Source: Alphaproteobacteria bacterium (GTDB lineage: Bacteria > Pseudomonadota > Alphaproteobacteria > GCA-2731375). From it: a stretch of 64,000 nucleotides of DNA. Positions 19,409-28,863 of this stretch are shown one piece after another (position 1 is the first letter of the stretch; the number at the start of each line of letters is the position of its first letter). The position numbers were made by a program, and so were the translations under genes. Below the pieces are notes generated by a model. That model made no database searches. It saw only the letters and a program-made list of their open reading frames with translations, and had not been told where the DNA came from. Location: positions 192,001 to 256,000 of the forward strand of contig CBDDBZ010000032.1 of NCBI GenBank assembly GCA_965225945.1, written 5' to 3'.

Positions 19409-20911
19409 ATGAGTGTCCAGCCGATCAAAAACGCCGCCGCGCACGTCGCGAGCCTCCGGGACGGCCGCTCGGTCCATCTCGACGGGCGGCGGATCGACGA
19501 CGTCACCACCCACCCCGCCTTCCGCAACGCGGTCGAGACGGCGGCGGGGCTTTACGACTTTCAGGCCGATCCGGCGAACGCAGAGCTGATGACGTTCGAA
19601 TCGCCGACGAGCGGGCGGCGGGTCAACCGCGCCTGGCAGATGCCCGAGAGTTACGACGAGCTGGTGCTGCGGCGCCGGGCACTGGTCGCCTGGGCGGAAT
19701 GCCACGCGGGCTTCTTGGGCCGCTCGCCGGATCATCTGGCCTCGGCCGTGACCGGCCAGTTGATGGGCCTCGACATCTTCGAGGCGCACGATCCGGCCCG
19801 CGCCAAGGCCTACTGGAACTATTACGTCGACGCCCGCGACAGCGACCTCTACCTCACCTACGTCATCATCAACCCGCAGGTCGACCGCTCGAAATCCGCA
19901 GCTGAGTTGGACCGCGACGATCCCATGCTCAAAATCGTCGACGAGGACTCGCGCGGCGTGACGGTTCGGGGCGCCAAGATGCTCGGCACCAGCTCGATCA
20001 TGGCGAACGAGGTCTTCGTCGCGCATTTGCAACCCCTGCGGCCGGACGAGGTGGACTACGCCATCTGCTTCGCGCTGCCGATGGGAACGAAGGGGCTGGA
20101 GGTGCTGTCGCGCCGGTCCTACGAGGCCCGCGCGGTCTCGGATTTCGACGATCCCCTCGCCGCGCGCTACGACGAGAACGACGCCCTGCTCTATTTCGAC
20201 GATGTCCAGGTCCCCTGGGAACGGGTCTTCGTCCACCGCGACCCGGAGATGTGCCGGCGCCAGTTCCACGACACGCCGGGCCACATCTATCAGAACTACC
20301 AGGCGCAGATCCGGCTCACGGTGAAGCTCAAGTTCCTGGTCGGCCTCGCCCGACAAATCACCGAGATCATCGGCACGGTGAAGATCCCCTCGGTGGTCGA
20401 ATCGCTCGGCCGGATGGCGGCCCGCGCGGCCCAGGTCGAAAGCATGCTCTGGGGCATGGAGGCGAAGGGGGGCCACTGGGGCAAGTATTTCGTGCCCGAT
20501 CGCCATTCGGTCTACGCCGCCCAGACGCTGACCCAAGAGCTCTATCCGGAGATGATCACGACGCTCCGCGAGCTCGCCGGAGGTGCCTTGGTGATGCTGC
20601 CGTCGTCGGCCGCCGACTTCGCCGATCGCAAGCTCGCCCGTATTCTCAAGAGCGTCCAGACCTCCGCCGACGGCCGCTCGGACCGAGAGCGGGTGAAGCT
20701 GTTGAAACTGGCGTGGGACGCCGTCGGCTCCGAGTTCGCCGGCCGCCACGTGCAGTATGAGATGTTCTATGCGGGCGCCCCGTTCGTGACCCGCGGCCAC
20801 AGCTTCCGCACCTACGACTGGGCCGGCGCCGAGCGCCTGGTCGCCACCATCGCCGAGCGCTACGACCTGGCCGGATCGATCCGGGAATTGGCCGAGCCGG
20901 CGGCGGAGTGA
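19409..20911 (+). CDS. 4-hydroxyphenylacetate 3-monooxygenase family oxygenase component (HpaB/PvcC-like)
   Basis: SLRDGR, DVTTHPAF, GRSPD, YDENDA, VPWERVF, GSEFAGRHVQYEMFY. Confidence 0.92.
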   Translation: MSVQPIKNAAAHVASLRDGRSVHLDGRRIDDVTTHPAFRNAVETAAGLYDFQADPANAELMTFESPTSGRRVNRAWQMPESYDELVLRRRALVAWAECHAGFLGRSPDHLASAVTGQLMGLDIFEAHDPARAKAYWNYYVDARDSDLYLTYVIINPQVDRSKSAAELDRDDPMLKIVDEDSRGVTVRGAKMLGTSSIMANEVFVAHLQPLRPDEVDYAICFALPMGTKGLEVLSRRSYEARAVSDFDDPLAARYDENDALLYFDDVQVPWERVFVHRDPEMCRRQFHDTPGHIYQNYQAQIRLTVKLKFLVGLARQITEIIGTVKIPSVVESLGRMAARAAQVESMLWGMEAKGGHWGKYFVPDRHSVYAAQTLTQELYPEMITTLRELAGGALVMLPSSAADFADRKLARILKSVQTSADGRSDRERVKLLKLAWDAVGSEFAGRHVQYEMFYAGAPFVTRGHSFRTYDWAGAERLVATIAERYDLAGSIRELAEPAAE

Positions 20912-20959
20912 GCCGGTGGCACGCGGTTCGAGCCCGGGGCTGCGCCGGGACGGGAAATG

Positions 20960-20978
20960 ATGTAATAACCTTTTACAT
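20960..20978. promoter_or_regulatory. putative TetR operator ATGTAA-N7-TTACAT
   Basis: Perfect 6-bp inverted repeat overlapping the tetR start codon. Confidence 0.7.
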
Positions 20979-21621
20979 GAAGCGGACGGACAAGGGGCGC
21001 AAGCGGCGAGGCTATCACCACGGTAATTTGCGCGAGACCCTGGTGCAGGCGGCCTTGGCCTTGATCGGCGACAAGGGGTCGGCCGGCTTCACTTTCGCCG
21101 ATGCCGCGCGGTGGGCCGGCGTCAGCCCGGCCGCGCCCTACCGACACTTTCGCGACCGCGACGAGCTGATGGCCGATGTCGCCAAGCGAGGCTTCGAGCG
21201 GTTCACGGCGCATCTGGCGAAGGCCTGGAACGAGGGACGGCCGGAACCATACCGGGCCTTCGAAAACATCGGACGCGCCTATCTCTCCTTCGCCCGGAAC
21301 GAGACCGCATATTACGCCGCGATGTTCGAATCCCGGTTGCCCCTGGATTTGAGCCCCGAGTTGGCGGCGGCCGGCGACGAGGCCTTCGCCGTGCTGCGCC
21401 GGGCGACAGAGGCGCTCTGCAACTTGATGCCCGAAGACGAGCGTCCGCCCGTATTGATGATGAGCCTGCATTTCTGGTCGCTCCTGCACGGCATCGCCTC
21501 GCTCTTCGCCCGCGGCGACGCGGCCCGACGCCCGCTCCCGATGCCGCCCGAGGAACTGCTGGAGTCCGCCCTCCTGGTCTACCTCGGCGGCCTCGGCCCG
21601 CCGGGCGATGGCAAGCCCTGA
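20977..21621 (+). CDS. TetR/AcrR family regulator
   Basis: YHHGNLR, AGVSPAAPYRHF HTH, WSLLHGIASL. Confidence 0.93.
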   Translation: MKRTDKGRKRRGYHHGNLRETLVQAALALIGDKGSAGFTFADAARWAGVSPAAPYRHFRDRDELMADVAKRGFERFTAHLAKAWNEGRPEPYRAFENIGRAYLSFARNETAYYAAMFESRLPLDLSPELAAAGDEAFAVLRRATEALCNLMPEDERPPVLMMSLHFWSLLHGIASLFARGDAARRPLPMPPEELLESALLVYLGGLGPPGDGKP

Positions 21622-21657
21622 CGCGGCCATTTTTTCGCCGCCGTCCACCATCGGGTG

Positions 21658-21710
21658 CTTGACACCTCGAGGTTTCGGCCCATTTATGTTAATGTAAAAA
21701 ACATTCACAT
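21658..21710 (+). promoter_or_regulatory. RpoH/sigma70-like promoter plus second operator ATGTAA-N7-TCACAT
   Basis: CTTGACA...CCCATTTA upstream of DUF2852; operator at 21692-21710. Confidence 0.6.
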
Positions 21711-21716
21711 GAGGGT

Positions 21717-22130
21717 GTGATGGAACTAGCCGCGAGAGTGGACGATTACGGCAAGCCGGCCTGGATCGCGTTGACGATCCTCGGCTTCGTCATTTACTGG
21801 CCCTTGGGCTTGGCCCTTCTGGCCTACCTGATATGGAGTGGACGAATGGGATGTTGGAACGGCCGTGGCTCGAACTACCGGCGCAATTTCGACGGCGCGC
21901 GCGAACGGTTTCGGGACGTCTGGTGGAGCGGCGTGCGTCGCCGCGCGCCGTCCAGCGGAAACAGTGCCTTCGACGAATACCGCGACGAGATGCTGCGCCG
22001 GCTGGACGAGGAGCAGCGGGAGTACAAGGCCTTCCTCGCGCGCTTGCGCCACGCCAAGGACAAGGCCGAGTTCGACCAGTTCATGGCCGAGCGCCGGAGT
22101 TCGGGCGCGACGGACGGGCCCACGGCCTGA
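21717..22130 (+). CDS. DUF2852 family protein
   Basis: WPLGLALLAY, SSGNSAFDEYR, AKDKAEFDQFM. Confidence 0.9.
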   Translation: MMELAARVDDYGKPAWIALTILGFVIYWPLGLALLAYLIWSGRMGCWNGRGSNYRRNFDGARERFRDVWWSGVRRRAPSSGNSAFDEYRDEMLRRLDEEQREYKAFLARLRHAKDKAEFDQFMAERRSSGATDGPTA

Positions 22131-22150
22131 GCCGAAACCGGGGCACATGC

Positions 22151-22177
22151 CGGCGCCGGGCGCCACGCCCGGCGCCG
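22151..22177. terminator. 12-bp GC hairpin between convergent genes
   Basis: cggcgccgggcg-cca-cgcccggcgccg; no clear U tract. Confidence 0.55.
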
Positions 22178-22182
22178 TCTCG

Positions 22183-22941
22183 TTATTCGAGGCCCTGGGC
22201 CAGCGTCTCGACGGTGGCGAGTAGGCGGGCGATGTCGGCGGGCTCCGACAGCCGGTGGTCGCCCGACTTGACGAAGGTGACCTCGACGTCGTCGCTGGCG
22301 AGCAATTCGACGATGTCGAGGGAGCCTCGCCAGGGGACGTCCGGATCGGCCATGCCGTGGAGGATGCGGAGCGGACAGCGGATCGCCATCGGCGCCTGGT
22401 CCAGCACCAGGTGCCGGCGGCCGTCCTCGATCAGGTTCATGGTGATCTCGTAGGGCTCGTCGCTGTATTCCGAGGGGCGGCGGTAGACGCCCTCGCTCTC
22501 CAGCTCGCGGCGAATTTCGGGGCCGAAGCTCTCCCACATGCGCTCCACGAAATCCGGCGCCGGCGCGATGCCGACCAGACCCGCCACCCGCTCCGGCCGG
22601 GCCAGCGCGACCAGCAGCATGATCCAGCCGCCCATGGAGGAGCCGACCACGACCTGCGGTCCCTCGCACACCTCGTCCAGGAGGTGAATCGCGTCCTCGG
22701 CCCAAAGTCCGATGGTGCCGTCGGCGAAGCGGCCGGAGGAGCGGCCGTGGCCGCGATAGTCGAAGCGGGTGAAGGCGCGGCCGACCTCGCCGCAATGGGC
22801 CTCCAGCGCCACCGCCTTGGTGCCGCTCATATCCGACATGAAACCGCCGCAGAAGAGCACCCCGGGCCCTCGGCCGGGCGTTCGGTGGTAGGCGATCGTC
22901 GTGCCGTCGGGGCGGTTCAGGATCTTCTCGGGCGGGCTCAT
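22183..22941 (-). CDS. alpha/beta hydrolase (ABHD10-like)
   Basis: GFMSDMSGTKA, RFDYRGHG, GSSMGGW, GDHRLS. Confidence 0.92.
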   Translation of the reverse strand: MSPPEKILNRPDGTTIAYHRTPGRGPGVLFCGGFMSDMSGTKAVALEAHCGEVGRAFTRFDYRGHGRSSGRFADGTIGLWAEDAIHLLDEVCEGPQVVVGSSMGGWIMLLVALARPERVAGLVGIAPAPDFVERMWESFGPEIRRELESEGVYRRPSEYSDEPYEITMNLIEDGRRHLVLDQAPMAIRCPLRILHGMADPDVPWRGSLDIVELLASDDVEVTFVKSGDHRLSEPADIARLLATVETLAQGLE

Positions 22942-23072
22942 GGCCGGTTCTCCCAGCGTTCGCGAAACGGGCGGCGACCATCCCATCGCCCGACCGGCGC
23001 GAGCTATTCCGTCTTCTCGGGTGCCGGCATCTCGGCGCAGATCGCCTTCAAGGCCCGCCATTCCTCCCGGCT
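22927..23072. repeat. diverged direct repeat copy A (M48 gene 3' end, intergenic region and hydrolase start)
   Basis: Aligns with 28716-28863; minus strand encodes SREEWRALKAICAEMPAPEKTE* versus SPEEWRALKAICGQKPAPGKVE*. Confidence 0.85.
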
Positions 23073-23086
23073 TGTCAGCGCTCTGG

Positions 23087-23113
23087 GAATTAGGTGCACT
23101 GTCACCGTAATTC
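23087..23113. repeat. REP-like imperfect palindrome
   Basis: gaattaggtgcactgtcaccgtaattc; related copy aattacggcgtgtcaccgtaattc at about 23924-23947. Confidence 0.65.
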
Positions 23114-23585
23114 ATTTGGTCCTTTCGACAAAAAGGCAAGAACATCCCTATCCATCGAATCCTTAGAATCGACCAACCACCCTCTGTCAAACGAAATCTA
23201 GACCGTCAGCGCCCCAAACCCACAAAATCTGCCCCCAGAGACCCAATCCGCAGCCTCATCGAAATCAGCTACCTGGGTAGTTACCTTTCCCCTATACTTC
23301 TCATGGCGGAGTACGGGAGCGAGGGGACGGGGGCTGTCAAGGCCGAGGCCGCGAAGCGGGGAGCCGGAGGCTCAGCCTTTACAGCCCTCGGCGCCTCGCT
23401 CACCATTGAAGGTGAGAAGGATTGGTGCCACCAGGCTCGAGCGTTCGAGTTCCGGTTGTCTAACTGAGTTTTGTCCTACCGGTCGAGGAGACCGGCCTAG
23501 TTGATTATCAGGCCTCTGATGTTGAATTGGCTCGGGCTTCCCATGCCTTGATTACCTTCAATTCATCATTCAAAGGGTGACCCCA

Positions 23586-23841
23586 CGTTCGCGCAGACGC
23601 AGACCACCGCCACCCCTCTCTCTCGCAGTCCATGGAAGAGGAGGCTCGAGAGCGGGCCGGTCTCAAGCACTGCCCGGACCAGCGAGGCCGTCAGCTTCGC
23701 CGTGTGTTTGGCCAGGGTCTTGGCGATCACCACGGGATCGGTTGCGCAGCGCCCGCGCTAGAGCACCTCTCCGGCGCCGTCGACCAGGCAAATGTGGATC
23801 TGCTTGTCGGAAACGCCCAAACCGGCATAGACTTCACGCAT
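23586..23841 (-). pseudogene. IS110 family transposase N-terminal fragment
   Basis: MREVYAGLGVSDKQIHICLVDGAGEVL*RGRC...VLETGPLS...HGLRERGVAVVCVCA; catalytic D replaced by G, internal stop, truncated. Confidence 0.8.
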
Positions 23842-24313
23842 GGGTCATCTTCCTTCTCGAAGCCGCCCGATGGACATCAGACCAGGGCGGGCTTCGTGGT
23901 TGTTGGGAGGATGACCCTAACTCAATTACGGCGTGTCACCGTAATTCAGAAGACACGACGCATCATGTTGTCAATAGATAAGTTCGTGATTGTCAAAAGT
24001 TTTGTGGTGCAGTTACAATGGCCCCGTTATTTCTCGGTTACGAAGGTTTGACTGAAATCACTGGGCGAAGGGATTCGATCATGATTCTGCCTAAGAGAGA
24101 AAGGGGACTGATTAATACGGTGATCCTGTTGCTAATGCTAAGCGCATGTGTGACCCAAACGGCTAGTCATAAAAAACAGACAGCGCAGGTTTGTAGTAAA
24201 TACTTCTTCAGTGCTGCCAGAGTTGAAAATTGCGCAGCCAGTGAAAGAGCACCTCAAGATGTTGAAATTGCATACGCGCTATCTCAAGTTTATAGGAAGG
24301 GGAAATATTGGTA

Positions 24314-25451
24314 TACCCCGACTCCCCGCAGACCCGAAAAAGTTCTGGCAATCCGGCTGCGGATCGATTCTTCTCGCGGTCATGATTCGCGGTGGATTTC
24401 TGAGCATCGAGGAACGCGCGGCCCTGGAGGCGGTGATGGGGCATCCGAGCGAGACCCACGGGGTGGCGCGCCGCGCGAACGCCGTTCTGCTCTTGGATGA
24501 CGGCTTGAGCTGCGTCGAGGTGGCGAAGGTGCTCTACCTCGACGACGACACGGTGCGGACGTGGCTGAAGCGCTACCGTGCGGGCGGCCTGGATGAAATG
24601 ACGCTGTTCGACTGGCATGGCCGGTCGGGCCATCTGAGCCGGGAGCAAGAGGCGGAGCTTTCGGCCCATCTGAGCCAACGGCTTTACCGCGATACCGGCG
24701 AGGTGGCGGCCCATATCAAGGCGACCTACGGAGTGATCTACAGCCATTCGGGCTGCATCAAGGTGATGCATCGCCTGGGCTTCGAATACAAGCGCCCGAA
24801 AAGCCTGCCGGCTCAGGCCGATGAGGCCGAGCAGGCCGCCTTTATCGAGGCCTATGATAAGTTGCTCAACGGCTTGGCCGCCGACGAGGTGGTCTACTTC
24901 GCCGATGCGGTGCACCCGGAATTCCAGTCCCGCCCAGTCCATGGCTGGGTCAAGAAGGGCGACAAAGTGGCGTTACGCCGGACCTCGGGGCGCCAGCGCA
25001 TCAATCTCCACGGCGCGCTCAACCTGGAAAACTTCCACTGCCCCTTGGTCCAGGCCGAGAGGATCAACGCCGCCTCGACGATCGCGCTGTTCGAGATGCT
25101 GGAGGCCACCAATCCCGGCAAGTCGCGGATCTATGTCTTCGCCGACAATGCCCGCTATCACCACGCCCGCCTGGTCCGACAATGGCTGGAGAGACCGGGT
25201 TGCCGCATCAAGCTCATCTTCCAACCGTCCTACGCTCCCCACCTCAACGCCATCGAGCGATTATGGGGCGTCATGCATCGCGAGGTGACCCACAACAGCT
25301 TCTACGCCAGCTTCGCCCTCTTCACCGAAGCCATCGACGATTTCTTCCGCCGACGACTGCCACGAGAGTGGACGACGTGGCGCGACACCATCACCGACAA
25401 TTTCCGAATCATCTCGCACAAGGATTTTCGGGCTCTGGGGTGAGGCGAGTA
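24314..25451 (+). mobile_element. IS630 family element A
   Basis: TA duplication (24312-13, 25452-53); imperfect inverted ends TACCCCGACTC / TACTCGCCTC; removal restores the host reading frame. Confidence 0.9.
24382..25443 (+). CDS. IS630 transposase (single ORF)
   Basis: HTH N-terminus; YFADAVHP, ADNARYH, PSYAPHLNAIERLW. Confidence 0.93.
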   Translation: MIRGGFLSIEERAALEAVMGHPSETHGVARRANAVLLLDDGLSCVEVAKVLYLDDDTVRTWLKRYRAGGLDEMTLFDWHGRSGHLSREQEAELSAHLSQRLYRDTGEVAAHIKATYGVIYSHSGCIKVMHRLGFEYKRPKSLPAQADEAEQAAFIEAYDKLLNGLAADEVVYFADAVHPEFQSRPVHGWVKKGDKVALRRTSGRQRINLHGALNLENFHCPLVQAERINAASTIALFEMLEATNPGKSRIYVFADNARYHHARLVRQWLERPGCRIKLIFQPSYAPHLNAIERLWGVMHREVTHNSFYASFALFTEAIDDFFRRRLPREWTTWRDTITDNFRIISHKDFRALG

Positions 25452-26617
25452 TATAAGGGAGATAGTGCCAAAAAGGATGATGCAAAGTACTTCTATTGGC
25501 TAAAGAAATCGGCAAGCTTGGGGCATTCCAAAGCAGCCAAACGGGTTTTCGATTCTTATGAAAGGGGTCGAGGTGTCGTGCCTGAGGACAAGTTGACAGC
25601 TTCAAAATATCTAAAAATTTACTCAGATCGCCGAATGCACTGGGCTCAAATTCTATTAGCATCAAAAATTTGGGATAACGAGCCCGATAAATCAGTTTCC
25701 TTGATAAAATCTGATGCGATCTCAGGAACTGCTGCGATCTCAGAAAACTGTCATGCTCAGGCTTTTTTTGGCCAAGATATATTTTGATGGTAGGTATACA
25801 GAGAAGAACTGGTCAAAAGCATTCTTCTGGTCTCTTCTGGCTCGAGTTGGCGGTATAGATCGACGATCAGAATTTCATTTTTCCACTTCCCGGCCTTTGG
25901 CCGTAGGAGATAAAAGTGGTTTCAGTATAAGTGGGTTCGATGAGCGCTGCACCAGACATGGTTACGGGATGGCAGGAACAGTTAAGAGAAAGATCGAAGA
26001 TGTTCTTCCAAAGAAAATCATTGCATTAGCATCGAAAGAAGCAGGTTCCTGGAGCGCTGGCATACCAGAACCGAACCTTGAAGTGCCATCTGAAAGTGAT
26101 ATGGCTGCTTTACAACAACCGAAAGAGAAAGGGAAGAGAATAGCATTCAGCAAAAAGAATGATGGAGCTATCAAATTCAAGAAAGATAAGCCAAGATTGG
26201 ATAATCCTAAAAAGATGGCGCGACCACCGTTACCGAAGCCGAGACCAGAATACCGGGACAAGAAGAAGAGGCCAACTGTATTGGACTTAGCTTTACCACC
26301 TTGGTTACCCACTTCAATTTCTTCTGGTGCAAGTTCAAGCAATGAACCATTGCGCCCGGACGAGTTTTTCTCCTTAGTTAATGATTACGTTTGGATCATC
26401 TTAGCGTATAGTGAGAATGGCTTGGCACAAGGCTCGGCGGTCGCCATAAAATCTGATATTTTATTAACGAACTGTCATATTATAAGCCAAAGAAATAATA
26501 TTCTCATTCAATCTGGGAAAAAGAAATATTCAGCTTCTATTGTAGCTGCAGATACTGAGACGGATAGATGCATTGTGAAAGTACGTCACAAGAGCTTGGA
26601 TTACATCAAGGGTATTA

Positions 26618-27788
26618 TACCAATTGGCCTTGAGGGAGACTCACTTTGAGGATTCCCATGGTGGATGATTTCTGACTCAATTCCGGTGATTCGGAGTTGA
26701 GGAGGTTCACCATGGGAGCGGCGATCGGGTTACGAGAGGATTTCGATGCGGCGGAGCTGCGTCGCTTGGCGAAGCTTTCCAAGGATGCCGGCCAGAGCCG
26801 CCGGCTCTTGGCTCTCGCGGTGATCTATGACGGTGGGCGGCGGACGGATGCGGCACGGACCGGCCACGTGGGGCTTCAGGTGATCCGAGATTGGGTGTTG
26901 CATTTCAACGCCGAGGGCCCGGACGGCTTGATCGATCGCAAGGCGCCCGGTGCGGTGGCGAAGCTCGACGATGCACAACGCCAGGCGCTGGGGGCACGCG
27001 TCGATGCGGGGCCGAACCCGGCGGTCGACGGCGTGGTGCGCTGGCGGCTGAAGGATCTGGCGGGCTGGATCCGGGATATGTTCGCGATCTCGCTCGACGA
27101 GACCACGGTGAGCCGGGAATTGAAGGCGACGGGCTTCACGAAGATGACGGCGCGTCCGCGCCACCATGCCCAGGAGGAGGGCGTCATCGAGGATTTTAAA
27201 AAAAATTCCCCGAGCTGGTGGCGCAAGCTCGCCGGCGCCTGCCCGACGGCACCGAGATAGAAATCTGGTGGCAGGACGAAGCCCGTGTCGGCCAGAAGAA
27301 CAAGATCACTCGGCGCTGGGCGCGGCGCGGAACCCGGCCCCGCGCACCGCATGACCAGCGCACCAAATCAGCCTATATCTTCGGCGCCATCTGTCCCGAA
27401 CGCGGCGTCGGCGCCGCCCTCGTGCTCCCCCACTGCGACACCCAGGCCATGCAGCTGCATCTGGAGGAGATCTCCTCCCGGGTAGGCGCGCGCGCGCATG
27501 CCCTCCTGCTCCTCGATCAGGCGGGTTGGCACACCACGGACAAGCTGAAGATCCCCGCCAACGTTACCCTCCTGCCCCTGCCACCACGCTCGCCGGAGCT
27601 CAATCCGACCGAAAACATCTGGCAGTTCATGCGCGACAACTGGCTGTCCAACTTGGTCTTCCAATCCGACGAGCAGATCATCACCTCCTGCTGCGAAGCC
27701 TGGAACAAGCTCATCGATCAACCATGGAACATCACGTCCATCGGGCGGCGTAAATGGGCGCATGAGTTCTGATTAATGCCGATTGGTA
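26618..27788 (+). mobile_element. IS630 family element B
   Basis: Ends TACCAATTGGC / GCCGATTGGTA, each flanked by TA. Confidence 0.9.
26712..27772 (+). CDS. IS630 transposase, OrfA/OrfB joined by probable programmed -1 frameshift
   Basis: HTH OrfA; slippery TTTTAAAAAAAA at 27194-27205; WWQDEAR, LDQAGWH, SPELNPTENIW. Confidence 0.9.
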
Positions 27789-28715
27789 TAAGACGCTATA
27801 AAAGTCTCAAGGTAGGCGAGCGAGTCTTTTCTGTCGGCTCACCAAGAGGCCTAGAGAACACGCTTGGCGAGGGCTTAATATCGGGACTGCGGACGTCGAA
27901 TAATGTTGAGTTAATTCAAACTACGGCACCCATATCATCCGGCTACTCAGGAGGCGGTCTTTTTGACGAGAATGGAAATCTAGTCGGCATTACTACCTTC
28001 CGTATCAAGAATTCAGAGTCTCTTAATTTCGCGATATCCGTAGATAGTTTCCTAAGATGAAGGTTCGCGGGTCAGGTCTTGCTTATTGAATTGGCCAAAA
28101 ACTAGTCATTGAACTTTTCCCGAACACATCGTGAGCCATGGCCCGCCCTTCGTCTCATGGTAGGGGTCGCCCGGGCCGCCCGTCGGGGCATCCCGTATTC
28201 GAGGAGAAGCCCGAGCCCAGAGTACGGGCGGCGACGGTTCGAGGGCGAGGGCTCGGATACGGGAGCGGCACGTCGGCCGAGATGCGAAGGTTCGCGATAC
28301 TCGCCCAGCCGGGCGATTCGATGAGAACAACAACCCGCGCGCGACCCAAAAATAATTTCTAGATATACAGTAATAATATAATACTTCCGAAAATGGCCGA
28401 TTTTGCAAAACGAAATCCCGTCATGCCAGGGCGAAGCCCGAACGGCGTTGGCCATCAAGCCTTTGCTTGTCTCACGCATATTCAGACCTTGAGATGTATG
28501 CGTTCGGGAACGTCGTCTTGGCGCGCGAATCGCCGATTTTCGTGAGGGTTCGCCGCGCGCGAACGTCCCAAACCGGGCGCGAACCGGGGGATCGCACGAT
28601 CGCGGAGCGAGGGGTCACCAATTTTGCATACGCTCTTCCCTCCCATGCCTCGATGATCTTGGAGTCGGAGCCATGGTGGCGGCCTACCTCGTCCAAGATC
28701 CTTTCGCCCCCTGGG

Positions 28716-28863
28716 CTCGGGCGGGCTCATGGCCGGGCCTCCCAGCGTCTTCGCGAAAAGCGCGGCGATCGTAGCATCGGCCGACGAGCGCGAGCTATTC
28801 CACCTTTCCGGGCGCCGGCTTCTGGCCGCAGATCGCCTTCAAGGCGCGCCATTCCTCCGGGCT
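28716..28863. repeat. diverged direct repeat copy B
   Basis: ctcgggcgggctcatggccgg...gagctattcc...gcagatcgccttcaaggc..gccattcctcc shared with 22927-23072. Confidence 0.85.

Larger units (their letters stand above)
24081..28060 (+). pseudogene. lipoprotein with Sel1-like repeats and C-terminal trypsin-like (S1C) protease, split by two IS630 elements
   Basis: Lipobox LSAC; rejoined KYWYKGDSAKKDDAKYFYWLKKSASLGH; triad motifs LTNCH, TDRC, GYSGG; AT-rich; extra T in the run at 25763-69. Confidence 0.85.

Noticed and set aside
24211-24381. N-terminal extension of the IS630-A transposase
   Set aside because: Runs across host sequence and the IS end; the real start is ATG 24382.
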